Assembly: GCA_010909165.1 (NCBI GenBank)
Contig: MU008194.1
Span: 248,001-312,000 of the forward strand
From: Anthoceros angustus
Lineage: Eukaryota > Plantae > Anthocerotophyta
Direction of reading: 5' to 3'
DNA length: 64,000 nt
Shown: one piece after another, positions 12,597-24,928 of the stretch
Layout of the letters: the number at the start of each line of letters is the position of its first letter
Position numbering within the stretch: position 1 is the first letter of the stretch
Position numbers and translations under genes: made by a program
The notes under the pieces: generated by a model
What the model was told of the DNA's origin: nothing
What the model saw: the letters and a program-made list of their open reading frames with translations, nothing else
Database searches by the model: none

Positions 12597-15500
12597 ATGG
12601 CAGTATTTCACGGGCAAAGGGTTTTCCTTTCTCGGAAATGGCTTCCGGCAGAAGTTATCAGCCGTTTACAGGATGTGTTAAAGGAATGCGGAGCTGATAC
12701 TTGCATATATTCAGACCTCTCGTGCAACGGCAGCACAGACTTCCATGTTCTGGTCTCATTTGACGGTGTATGACTGCGAATCCCTTACTTCCTCACTACT
12801 GTTTAAGATTGACTTTGGACATGTCCTGAGGCTGAAGTTGCCACCTGAAGCTGTCAAGCAATTCTTTGCAGGAGAGATTTGAGGAGGTCCAGGCTAAAGG
12901 CTGCAATGTCGTTAGTAAGCACTTTGTTTTCAAGAGTGGGCCTTGAAGCTATATGTTCGTAGTTTCCTTGTCTATTCATGGCGAGGTAGTAGAGAACATT
13001 CATTCCCGAATACCAATAACCTAGTCCCCTTGCAGGTCCAGAATGTGTCCTCAGATGTGCCAGGGAGAGAAGACCCCTTCCCATCCGAAAATTTACTTGC
13101 TGTTTATGCATGGAGGGTGTCGGAATACTTACGACTGGTTTCTCTTCAGGAGAGAAGGTGGCTTTCTTTTCAGTCATTTTTTTGGCTTCAGCACCTGTGC
13201 TCTGGGATGGTGGTATACTTACACGAGCTTAATGCCCTCCCAGGAGAGGATAGAGCAGCTTGTTGGGAGCATGTGTGGTGAGATCCAAGATGATCCAAGT
13301 CTGATGGATTTTGTGATTGCGAAGAATGTTCTTGCTGCGAAGTACAAGGTTTGACTCTGACCTGCTTGCCTGTCTTCAACGTGGAGTATTGTGACCTTCT
13401 GGTCAGCTACCTGTCTAAGATTTGGGTCTGTCTTTTCAATCCTGAAAACAGTTTTGGGTGCTTTGTGCAGAGTGCCCAGAAATGGCGCAAGCCTGTTGTT
13501 ACCGTAGATTGGCTCTATCAATGTTCAAAGGAACACCGTCTTGTTCCTGCAGAACCTTACAAATTGCAGCCTTTCCTTGGGCTCAATATATGCGTGACAC
13601 ACTATGCTGTAGGTGGGTCAATATTAATACTGTCTGCGGAATCACTTTTGTTTGATTCAGGAAGGCTACCGATGTGTCCACCATCCCTGTTACGTCATAA
13701 CTGTGAAATACTTGCCTGTTGTGCAGATATTCGGCAGGAGTTTGAATCCAGGACAGTAGCACATGGTGGTCAATTTTCAAAGAATCTCACCAGAGAATGC
13801 ACACACTTAATTGCCAAAATATCCTTCTTTCCTCACAATTTTTAGTTGCAATCTCGGGTGCACGAAGCTGTTCTGCATACCCCACTTGAGGGTGCTGCCA
13901 GAGTTACGTCTAGAGGGGGAGGTATCTGATGCTATTGATGGATAAGATGGAGCGTGCTAACAAATATTGGTTTGGTTCAGCAATTTTCCTTGACAGTCAG
14001 CACTTCGCGCAGGGAGACAAATACAAGGTTGCAAAGGTCTGGGGCTCTGTGAGCCTAGTCAATGAGCAATGGTTCTGGCAAAGCATTGAAGCGAAAGGTA
14101 TAATGTTCCACCAGTGCCCCAACATTTTGCTGCACTGCATTTTGCTGGTCAGGTCGTAGCTTATGAGGAACGTTTTGTCTGTTGCAGCTTGTTTGGAAGA
14201 AGCGTTGTTCCCAGTTTCCTGCAGTGCAACTGATCAACCTAATCGAGGGAAGGCTCTTGTGTCTGTACCGGGGCCACCATGTCCCTCAACTTGCACAGCA
14301 CTTGAGCTGTCAAAGACACCGATAAGTCAGGCTGTAGTGTCTCTGCAGCAAGCAGCAATTTGCACAGAACCGGAGATGCCAAAGACACCGATAGATCAGA
14401 CGATAGTCCGGCAGCAATCAGCAACCGATGTGGTTCACTGCAGTAAACAGCAGGACCAGGTTGGAATTGCTGAGGCTTATAGCACATATGAAGGAAGCGG
14501 CCTGTATCTCTCTGCCTGTAGGGTGCACTTGCTTGGCTTTCAACCTGAAGAAGAGAAAAAGCTGGTGGGCATGCTTCGAGAGGGAGGAGCAACAAGGTTC
14601 ATTGAATTTAACGACATGGTCACTCATGTCATTGTTGGGCAGCCTTCTGAAGCGTAAGACCTGGGCCAATCCCCATCCACATTTCTGTCTGCGTGGTGCG
14701 CTGACTTGAGGTGCTGACCAAGTTCTGGTTGCTCATTGCATGTACAGAAAATTTCAAGAACTTAGGAATTGGATCATGTGGGGTGCAGTGCACGTTGTCC
14801 TGGGAACTTGGCTTTTGGAGTGCACGAAACATAGAAGAGAGATTTCAGTACAGGGCCATGTACTCCCACCAAATTATTCCTCACAAGGTATCTTACCATC
14901 GACTTGATTCATGCTCCAGTTCAATTTCTTTCTGCACATACTGGTAGCCAGTAGGCACTACACACAAGTTTGCTGATTCCAGGAGTGATCTCACATTCGA
15001 CTTAATACAAACTCAATTCATGTCTTTGCAGGCAACTCGCTAAAGCAAGTTAGTGCTCCGGATGGGCCCCCCGCATCGATTGAGACTTTTACAGCAGATG
15101 CAGGGGAGATGACTCAAGCAAGAGGTCGACCTTCAACCCACCTGCAAGGTGGAGAAGCAGCGGCTGTAGATGTCTCACCTCCTTCAAAGCCTGGAAGCTT
15201 ATGTGTAGAAATTGGGAAGAATCTTATGCAACCACCAAAACTTGTTACAAGCGGACCTGTGACAGTCCCTGCCACACAGCTGGAGATAGTCAAGTCGAAA
15301 CGGTCAAGCAGCTGTGTGTTTGTAGGATATACTTTTGCTTTACTCGACCCTGCCCCATCACAGCAGGTACATAGCCTCTGCTTAGCTGGTTGAGATCATA
15401 GTGACATAGCCTCTGCTTAGCTGGTTGACATCATAGTGTTTGCAATCGTCCAATTGATCTGTATCTGCCCTTCATCTTGTAGGCGTCTGAAGTCATGAAC

Positions 15501-17668
15501 TTGATCGTGCAATGCGGGGGGAGTCTGGAACAGGATATCCTCTTGCAGAAGCTTAACTTCGTGGTCTTCTCGTACGAATCAAGATCTGAAGCTCGCTTGT
15601 ATAGTGGACCAGCGGAACTTGTTTCTTATATGTGGATTCATCATTGCGCTAAAGTATGTGGTTGGAATCAAAATTGTGGCAAGGCCCTGACCTGGTTGTT
15701 ACCCCTCCGTTGTCCATTACTGATACTCTCAATTATTCTGATGGATGTGAACTGCAGGATGACAAATTGATTGATGTTAAAAGTCATATCTTATATCGGC
15801 CGCTGCAAGATCTGGTCCATTTAACTGGTTTTGAGAAGTATGTGCTTTGCCCTTCTCAGCTGACAGACAGAGAACGTGAGTTGATGGCTCAGCTTTGTAA
15901 GCTGTTTGGAGGTAGATTTTCTGAAGACCTGGTGAGGCAGGTTACTCACTTAATATGTAAGGTGCCCAAGGGTCCCAAATATGAAGCTGCAACGGGTTCG
16001 CTCTTTGATAGTATGACTATTGTATCTCAGGAGTGGCTGATTGCTTGTGCTTCACAGGTAATTGATTTGATCTCACCGTTATCATCTATCATTTTGTACA
16101 TGTGTTATTGAATTCCATCTATCCGTGACAGCATGCAGTATTAAACTCTCCTGGTTTTGGCAGAACAAGATTGTGCCCGTTGATGATTATCTCATTCGAA
16201 AAGATGCACCTCGTGGTAACCAAGATGAGAGGAGTGCCACACCTCTTGTCAAATGTGGGCCTGCGATGGCGCCAACGTGTGAGGTTCCCGTTGCTCTGTT
16301 GCAGGAGAAACCTGCGACCATGAAAGAGCCCAGAACAGTAGATCCACAGCAAACAGAGGCCGAGGTCGGCACCAAAGGTGACGAACTGTACTTTGGCTGC
16401 CGAAGGCATTCCCTTCACTTTGGTGGTGTCCTGACTGAGGTCCCCTTCAGTTCTGCAGGAAAGAAGGGAGGCTCAAGGGGCAAGCAAATTCCTCCAGTCA
16501 GGAGAAGGTCAAAAGCTGGTGAAGTCCGTCTCACTCAAGGACAAAACCAAGCAGAAGGCGGCCTTGATCCTTGGGATGTCCTCGCTGCCCCATGGTCATG
16601 TGATGATCCAAAGAAGAAGAAAATGAAGACATCCCCCGGTTTTGTTCGAGAAGGCATTCCCGTGAGACCCTCCACGAGGTCTCAACTCAAGGTTCAGGCT
16701 CCGGTAGTCCCGTCTGATGCACCTACTTGCGTGTCATCTAAGCCACAGGTTGAGGAAGGTATTGTTACTAGCCGAGAAGTTACAATATGCGAGAACCCAG
16801 TTACAGATGGAGTGGTTCCACAAATAGCAGCAGCTAATGACGGAGGTAACCCAGAGCTGGCAGGAGCTTGTGAACCTCAGAAGGACAGTGTCGACGGACA
16901 ATTTTCTGAAGATGTTGCAGCTGCTATTGAAGGTCTTCTGGCACAGACTACCAAAGTAAGCTGCAAGTATTTTGTATCCAAGTCCAGTTTTCGTCTCCCC
17001 ATTTTTCAAGGCATCGAGTTAAGGTTGTACGTTATCGCAGGTTGTTCCCAATGGCTCAACTAAGATGGACGTTGACTCCGTGGTATTTTACTCACGCATT
17101 CTCCATTTGTTGATTTGTCATCAAGGCCGTTGGAGTAAGCACGATATGGGTTTGCATTCAGGCTAACGTCCTTAGGTATGTATTCAGCTTCTGTCTCCTG
17201 AGCGGACTCCCTTGAGTAGAAGGAATAGAGATGACAGCTCAAGCCAATCTGAATTCAAACGTTCCAAGCCAAATTGGCACAGGTAAAAGTTAATCAATTT
17301 GACTATTTACTGGGCAAGTTGAACCTCTGCTTTCGTCAGCTACCAGAATTGCGGTTGTGTAGATGGCCGAATTAGAACCTGTTCATTTTAACTTGAAGTT
17401 ATCTTTCTTGTGGCGCAGGACATGCAACGGAGGGTCTGACGCTTTCAAATCTGCTACGAAACAATTTAGTCATGACCGATTCGAAGATACCCAACAAGAC
17501 TCTCAGGTTGTAGGATACGATGAAGACCATGCAGGGCGACAACTGATCATCGAGAGGGTGCGCACGAGAAGTTCTACCAAGGCCAAAGCTGCGGGCTCCA
17601 GACGTACAGAGAAGAGCAAGGATGCATGGAAAGAGCGGCTTTGCCGAGTCGCTGATAGAAACAAGTGA
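12597..17668 (+). CDS. MEI1: Multi-BRCT DNA topoisomerase II-binding protein 1 (TOPBP1/MEI1), 16 exons
   Basis: Phase-consistent exons: 12597-12767, 12872-12914, 13036-13157, 13244-13348, 13471-13612, 13727-13818, 14004-14097, 14188-14653, 14748-14887, 15032-15366, 15483-15653, 15758-16057, 16164-16955, 17041-17082, 17188-17282, 17419-17668. Motifs FVIAKNVLAAKYK, PVVTVDWL, CTHLIA, GDKYKVA..WG and C-terminal SQVVGYDED..GRQLIIERVRTRSS match Arabidopsis MEI1 as recalled. Confidence 0.93.
13819..14003 (+). other. U12-type (minor spliceosome) AT-AC intron
   Basis: 5' ATATCCTTCT at 13819, branch site TTCCTTGAC at 13986-13994, AC at 14002-14003. Removal joins HLIAK to FAQGDKYK in frame. Confidence 0.9.
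15369..15438. repeat. 35-bp tandem duplication in MEI1 intron 10
   Basis: acatagcctctgcttagctggttga(g/c)atcatagtg x2. Confidence 0.9.
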
Positions 17669-17867
17669 CGGCTTAGCCATTGCTTTGAAGTACTACTCGC
17701 ACCGCAACCTCTTGTATTATGTCTTAAAATGAGATTGGCTGGCCTCCGTGTAGATTTGCTAAACAAATCGGCATCTCCCCACATTTACGAGACAAGAAAG
17801 GTTGTGGCCAGCAGACGCGGTACTGTGTAGCAAATGAAGGGGCGTCGTTGATGAAAAAAACCCTCTT

Positions 17868-20003
17868 TTAGCGTTTGTACCGTCGCCTGCGCTTAAGTGT
17901 TTCAAGAAGCCTCACTGCCTTGCGGGGCACAGGGTGGTTATGCAAGCCTTCGTACATCCGCTTCATGAGCCCTTCATCTGTCCTCTCTTCAATTTTGCGG
18001 GCAATGCAGCCCATGTTGGTGCAACCATAGAAGACCCGAGGATGGAGCGACCCTGGTTGCAAAATTTCTCCATACTTCCTCCAGTTGTAACCATCGAAAA
18101 GTCGAAGTGCATGCTGAGGATCTGGTGCCCTGATAGCAGCAGGAGCAAATGCGTGCACCTCGGGAGTACTCACAGCTTCAGCAAACGGCTCATGGAGATG
18201 CTGGCTTACAGGTTGAGAGAAGCAATCCGCTGGCACACCAACCCCACCTAGTGTCACGCTGCTCACCATCTCCTGCTGCTGTTGGGCGTCTGGCTCCGAG
18301 GGCTCCATCACATACCCTTCACTCCGCTGCTTCTACAAGACCAGACAAGGAAAGAAAAAAGGAGTGAGCTCAAGTCACATTGCTTGGAACGTTGCCCATG
18401 ACAACTGCAGCTGGTGACATGCACCTCAAGCTCCAGCACGTATATGCCTTGTAATCTAGCCAACTCCATCTCTATGCACGTCATCTTCTGCTGGAGATCT
18501 TCTTTTTGCTGATGAAGGTGTTCATGATCCTGTCACATGCAACACAGATCCTCAGTTCGGAGTCATGCCCCTACCCAAATGGACATAGCATGCCTGGCAG
18601 CAGGCAAAGTCAAACCAACCTTCCTCAATCTGTTCATTTCAGCCTCAACAGACTGGATCACGAGGGAGACACCCTCTGCATCTGGCACGCAGTGGAGTTG
18701 CCCCATGAAAGGCCCCACGCCATTCTCGCACACATTGGATGCTGCACCTGTTTCCGAGTCTGATGTAAGCCCCTCTGTCAAACCACTTACTATGTTGACC
18801 TCATCGCGAGAACCTGCCTCTGACACTTCCTCTTGTCCCTCACCAGAAGGAGCCGCCACGGAAGCATTGTGCAGATGTGCATCACTGGACGCACAGGGAT
18901 GCAAGCACAGAAGCTGACTTTTCTCCTTCACCAAGTGTCCGGAATGCTGCCCGATGAAGTCGATGGTCTTGGGGACCAACGGATGCATGTTATCACCTTC
19001 CAGCCTTTCATCTCTCTCCAGCAAAACCTGGTCAGAGTGTCTGTCATGCGAGATATAAGCAGGCAACGGCAATCTACTGGAATCCGCATTCTCCAGCACC
19101 TGGTTAACATGGCTGTCAGGTGGACCAATGCTCTGGAACCCCCTGACTGCCCCTCCGTGATCCACCACTTCCTGATCCGAATGTCTGTCATACGCAAAAA
19201 AAGCTCGGGGCCTATGATCTTGGGCTGCATACTCTGAGTGCCTCACAGCAGGGACCACAGCCTGGGAATCAACTGGACCCACAATATCCTGATCCGAGTG
19301 CTTCAGGTGCAAACCTCTCGGACTGCAGAATGCTTGAGCTTCTGGCTGTTCAGGCATCCTCCCATCCACCTCCTCCATCTCAGCCTCACATCTCAGCAGC
19401 TTCTGCTCTCCCGGGTAGCCCAGACCCACAACCGAAGAATGGAACTCATGCACATTCATCCCAGCCATCTGCGCAGAGGAATCCTCCAGATGTGCACCCG
19501 AGCACCGCGAAGCTGCCACCGGGGCAGCGGACAGCTTCAGCCAGAAGCTTGAGGAAGCCTCAAAGCACCCTATTCCTATTGACATCGCAAATGGGCTGGA
19601 AATCGCTCCTCCAAAACAAACAACGTCAAGAGCACAGGATTCCGAAACACGCCACCCCACCGGCACCTGCCACAGCGTCAATTACCCTGCCTGCAAGGAC
19701 CCAGCATCCCCAGATTCAGCCCTAGCAACACCCTTCCAAGGACGAAGGCCTGGCGCAACTGTCAGCGTGACGCCCCTGCTGCTTTTGCTCCCCAGGAACT
19801 GCCTTGCCGAATCAAATGCTGCTGCGCTGCACGGGCCCCAGCCGGCTGCACTCCAATCCTCCCACCTTCCAGCTCTCCGACTCCCTTGCTTGTCCGGCAT
19901 GCGTACTGGAAGCTGCAATGTGGCCGACCTGGCTGCAGCCAGAGACCGTTGTGCCAGCCCGCATGAGCAGATCTGCCGGCCTTGCTGCCTCATCAGAGGT
20001 CAC
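17868..20003 (-). CDS. Atypical WRKY transcription factor with one C-terminal domain and a preceding coiled coil; 5' end uncertain
   Basis: In-phase exons: long exon ending at 18620, then 18529-18425 (DHEHLHQQKEDLQQKMTCIEMELARLQG), then 18332-17868 carrying DGYNWRKYGEI...PRVFYGCTNMGC...YEGLHNHP. Confidence 0.85.
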
Positions 20004-20469
20004 ACCAGCTAATGCTTAGCTCGTCTGCATGAACCCACCATCGCCTGGACCCGGTAGGCTGTCGTGGGCGACAAGTAGATTTACTCGACCCGTTCGACTT
20101 TGCCATTCACACCACGGTAAGGTTGGAGCACCGAACGGGCTCAACTGTTCCTTGCTCCCTCCCACATCATCTCGTGGCCCCACGTCTGTGACAGTCTTCA
20201 TTTCGATTCTCATTTTCCAGTTCAAGTTTGTGTCATCAGCTCTCGGGTTTATTTTCCTGCTGGGATGTGTATCAAGTCGGGCTCTGGGCTGCAGCGAGAT
20301 TCCAGTCGGAAAGCTTCCTCATTAAAAGCATTTCGATGTTACAATCACTCCCAGTAGAGACGATGGCCCTCCTGGTGTTGGTAATACTGATTTCTGATTA
20401 GCACACCGTTGCCACTATGTACTACCACACACACCAAGCCAGAATCCAATGTACACTACTCTCGAGATG

Positions 20470-22400
20470 TCAAAGCCGCAACACAGCAGAGGCGAGCACG
20501 TTGCCACAGGTCGTCCCCATATCAGCAACTTGCCTCCACGGCAGGAATTGAGGAGTGCACACGTCCCTGCACCTGAGACTGCTGCACACCTCCACCGTGT
20601 TCAACGTCTGGATGTGGTAGCGGTTCCGGTTCTGCCATGACTCCTTTGTCCCTCCTATGATGTAGATTTCCCCATCCAAACTCACGCATGCAAATCCGAA
20701 ACGAGAGACGGGCCTGTTGTACACGTCTCCACCTGAGACATGTCCAACATGCATCCAGCAGTTTGAGTCGTGGTCGTACGCCATTATCCTGCTGTAGTGA
20801 ATGAAGATGAGCCTTCCATCAACGACGGTGCTTGGTCCTGGCACCTGCAGTTGAAGAGGCAGCTTGAGATTGTCAGATGCACGCATCGACCCTTCATGCA
20901 GAAACAGCAAACGTTACAGAGTATGAGAAGCACTACCTTGTGACAGTCCAGCCACATCTCATTCACAACCCTCCATGTGTCGGACTGCGGATCATAAACT
21001 TCAGCCGAGCCTTTTCGAGGGCGGTCTTCATACTGGTTTCTCATGTATTCTCCTGCAACAACCCAAAACTGCCCATCGAGAGCAACTCCGCTGGAGCTAG
21101 ACCTAATGAAGTGCATGCTCCTGATGGGACGCCAAGCGTCCTCAGCAGAGTCGTAAACCTCCGCAGAGTTAAGAAAAGAATTCACTCCCCGACCACCAGC
21201 AACGTACACCTTGTCCCCAATCACCGTGGCTGCAAACCAGCTGCGTGCAGTGTTCATACTTGCCGCTGTTGACCACCTATTTGTGTGGGCATTGTAGACT
21301 TTCACATCGGAAGAGACAATGACTGCAATGGTCAAGCAACCTATAAGAGAGGTTTCTGCTGGAGCACAGCAGGCATCTTACTACTGCGAAAAGAATTCAA
21401 TCCATTCTAAGCCTGGACAGCCATACCGTCGGTCCACTGCTGAGAGGAGTGATGGTGAGCGCAATGAATCCCTCCCATGAAATAAAGGCAACATCCCAAT
21501 GCCACACAAACAAATCCTTGGCAACAAAGACCTGGAGAGTGGCCTGGTATTGGGGGAAGGTTATGCCATTTGTTAGCTGTTGGATCAAAAACTCTGAAAG
21601 GCGATCCAGCAGGTGTCTCCGCAAGTACATATATCCACCCTTCAGACGATTCCACCTGTCAGAGATATCAACAATGTACAGGGATGTAAGCCACATATAG
21701 ACGGTCTATGTTTCCAGGTTGATTGGGAGTTAGCAGCAATCATAAAATGTCTCCAAGCCACTATGTCAACAGCAACAAATATGCACGAAAGGAACTTTCA
21801 CAGGGCTGTAAGCCATAGATATGAGAAAATGCGTAAGAGCAAAGTTTTCACCTGCTGCCGGAGGGAAGGAAAATCTGCGGCCTTGACCATATCCCTCCAT
21901 GACTTGCAAACCAGGGACAAGGTAGGCATCATGCCTCGGGCTACCCGGGCCAGACACCGAATGGCAACATCGTTTGGCAGGCCAGGCATAAGCTGCATAG
22001 CTGTTGCTGTTGCAGAGCCATTTGGGTCTTCGTTGCTTTTCTCACTATGAGAAGCTTGTCCCTGATCTTCTGTACAACCCGCCAGGACATCCTTTTCAGT
22101 TAGAGCCCCCACATGAGACACCAACTGAAGACTGATAGCTCCCATGCCTTCAGGCTTCATCAACTTCTCATCCGTTTCTGGAACTTGTACTCCCCAAACA
22201 CAAGTTCTACTGTCTTCCATATGTGCCTCTGCTGCAACAGGGCATGTCTCAAGGTGGCTCACTGGCGGGTTTTGTAGTTGCTGATCACTCATTCCCTCGG
22301 GATTACTGCCAGCTCCTATTTGACCAGCTAACATGGAACCCAGGTCCGTGTTCATGTCCGTATCCCCAGACCCCTCCCCTCTCTCCATTTTGACCTCCAT
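20470..22400 (-). CDS. F-box/kelch-repeat protein
   Basis: F-box LMPGLPNDVAIRCLARV...SLVCKSW; kelch repeats (ARSWFAATVIGDKVYVAGG...SAEVYD; FACVSLDGEIYIIGG) over 4 exons. Confidence 0.92.
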
Positions 22401-24928
22401 CACTTTGATGGTTCAGCCCTGATGAAGGGTTCACTCAACAGCCCCCTGATATTAACGCTCTTCCCAAAGAAAGGCCTTCGCACACAGGCAAGTCCAAGGA
22501 ACCGGGATCAGAGAAACGGGACAAACCACTGGGCACACACTCCCTTCAATGGCCCCACTACTTGAGCATCCCCACAGACACATGTATAGAGATTCCACAG
22601 ACACCCTCGACAAGAAAAATCATGCTGCAAAGAATCTCTTCCTCACAGATCAAACCATCAAAAAATGTTAACTCTGTGCCAGCAGCACAACAAGCGTATC
22701 GTGCATCCGTGAACCTATCCCACAATTGGGTTTCCGAATGCAAGACGGAATGTTCCCGGATCGTCAATCCCTAAAAACACAACCAGTCAAAGCAAATTTT
22801 CCACTGCGTCCCACTCGTGTCAGTTTGACTCCAAACCTCGGAATTTGCACCACATCCTCTACATACAAACAACGCCCATGAAGCATCAAGCCCCGAAGCA
22901 ACACTTCGCAAGTCACAGGCTTCCACTCCTCTCCCCATCCATCCGGACCATGGCACGGGATCCTTCCATCCACAGCCAGCATGATGTGATGGGCCCTCCA
23001 GACACCAAACCTCACTCACGACACACAGAAGTGCTGGATCTGCCGTATGCCGTAGATGATGGATCACGTCAACGAGATGTCGCCCACAATGTGTTCTCAC
23101 ATTCCACGGTCCAGGCCTTCCAGCAAGCCCGGCCCATCCGGGGAAGGGGCTAGGATTGCATAGCCTCTGATGCACCATGGCTGCATTGCTTGCCATCTGG
23201 CCAGACTTTTCTTCCAAATTCCATAGTAGAGATATCTCCTTTTCATCTATAAAAAGCCAGGGAGGCCAAGCTTTCACTACTCGACCTTTCTTTCTTTCTC
23301 CGGCGGACGGTTCGTCAGCCGAGCTCCGTCCTTGAGGTTAAGCGGTCGAGTGTCCTTGTCCCTGGTTCTCTGCGTGGTTATCGGACCCACGCTTGTTCAT
23401 AGCCCAGAACTGTACGCTCCCGGCGCAAACTAGGGTTTCCCGCGGCATGTGATGTTTGCACTAGGCTCGGCTGAGAGACTGTTGGGTGGTTTGATTTGTG
23501 TTTGATTTGTTTGTGTCCCATGCTTGCTCCAACAACTGAAGTTGTCTGATGCTTGGCACGTCAAGAGCTTGTGCTGCTTGCACAGTCTTCGTGGAAATCA
23601 AGGTTCGTTTGGACACCCTCTGTCCTGTCCGGTGTAGTCTACGTGTGCCTGCGATGGCTGTAGGTCTGATGTTGGCTTCGGTCCTGAGCATGGGTTGAGG
23701 GAGCTGCCTGGATTGAGGGTCGTAGCTTTTGTATCCAGTAGCCGTGATCTCCAAGGAGGAAACTATCATGAGCTCCATCTGATACCTCAAGGGTGCTGAT
23801 GACTCAAATGACACAGGATTTCTGAGGAACTTTAGTGTTAGGTCATACGCACATGTACATATTGTCCATCATTGAAGGGAAGAGTAGAGAAGCAGCGTCT
23901 GCCATGGCGTTTCTCTTTAGTTACCCTTCGCAGAGAAAGTTCAGGCACCGTAACTGGTGTGTGAGGTCTCTTTTCCAAACCGGTCATAAAAAGGGTTTCC
24001 TTATGTGTGGCCAGTGTCAAATAGGGACTACACGATGCATCCATTCGCACACTCGTTCGTTTTTCTCAAACACTTTGTGCTAGGTCTGAACGCTTGAACA
24101 TATTACGCCTCCTGCTTCCCATAGCAGGCACCTCGCCTTGGGAGACGAAGCCGAGAAAGTCCTTGGGTTTACTCGGGGCTCCTGTTAGGTAGAGGTGTAT
24201 TGTTACAACAATGTGGTTCAACCATAGCTTCCCGAGTTCATCATCCGCAGAATGTGGGACCAAAACTGAAGAGACCGGTGGTGAAAGAGGGTAGGCCAGC
24301 AAAGCAGGTACAACGTGGAGTGAGGGTTGATGCGGGTCTGCCTCAATGTGGAAGGCAAGGCGCGGTTTGCCTCCCGCTATCTCCCCACCCCCTTTCTATC
24401 TCTCCTCCTCCCGGGGCTCCTGCCGCTCCTGCCCTCACTCCCGGCTCGTATGACAAGTGTGAATGCCAAGACTGTCGGGATGGAAACAATCTCTTTGTCA
24501 CTCTCCATAACAAGCTCCTTCTCCTGCAGCCGTGGCATCCATGCCACCCATCCTCCTGCAGCCTTGGCACGCATGCCACCTATGGATAGCGATTGTGGGG
24601 CTGGGTTGCCTGCAGGTGTGAAGTTTTAGTCACACCCTGCAGCAAGCAGGGCAGAGCTGCCGACGGTGTCTGCTAAGGGCCAAGGCGCCACACGCGGAAG
24701 GGGCAATATGTGGGTAACAGGAGGCGGGAAACCGCGCTGTGGATGCGTGGCAGATTGGCTGGCACGGATGCACCTGTGGGATCCTCCTAGGGTTGCAATG
24801 ATGGAGGATGCCATGGACTCTAAATGCATCATCTCAGTGACTGCGAGTTAGGAGGATTCCCTACACGGAAGATTGTCTCGACTCTTGTGCCGGAACAATT
24901 TTTTTCTGCAGCTGCTACTGGGTCAGCC

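Noticed and set aside
17096-17210. Apparent inverted exon on the minus strand inside MEI1 (AG...GTGAGT, RESAQETEAEY...)
   Set aside because: Plus-strand exons 17041-17082 and 17188-17282 close the MEI1 frame without it, so the signals look coincidental.
23461-24850. Short ORFs on both strands between the F-box and IQCE-like genes
   Set aside because: No family similarity; 24666-24845 might be an upstream exon of the IQCE-like gene but I cannot support it.
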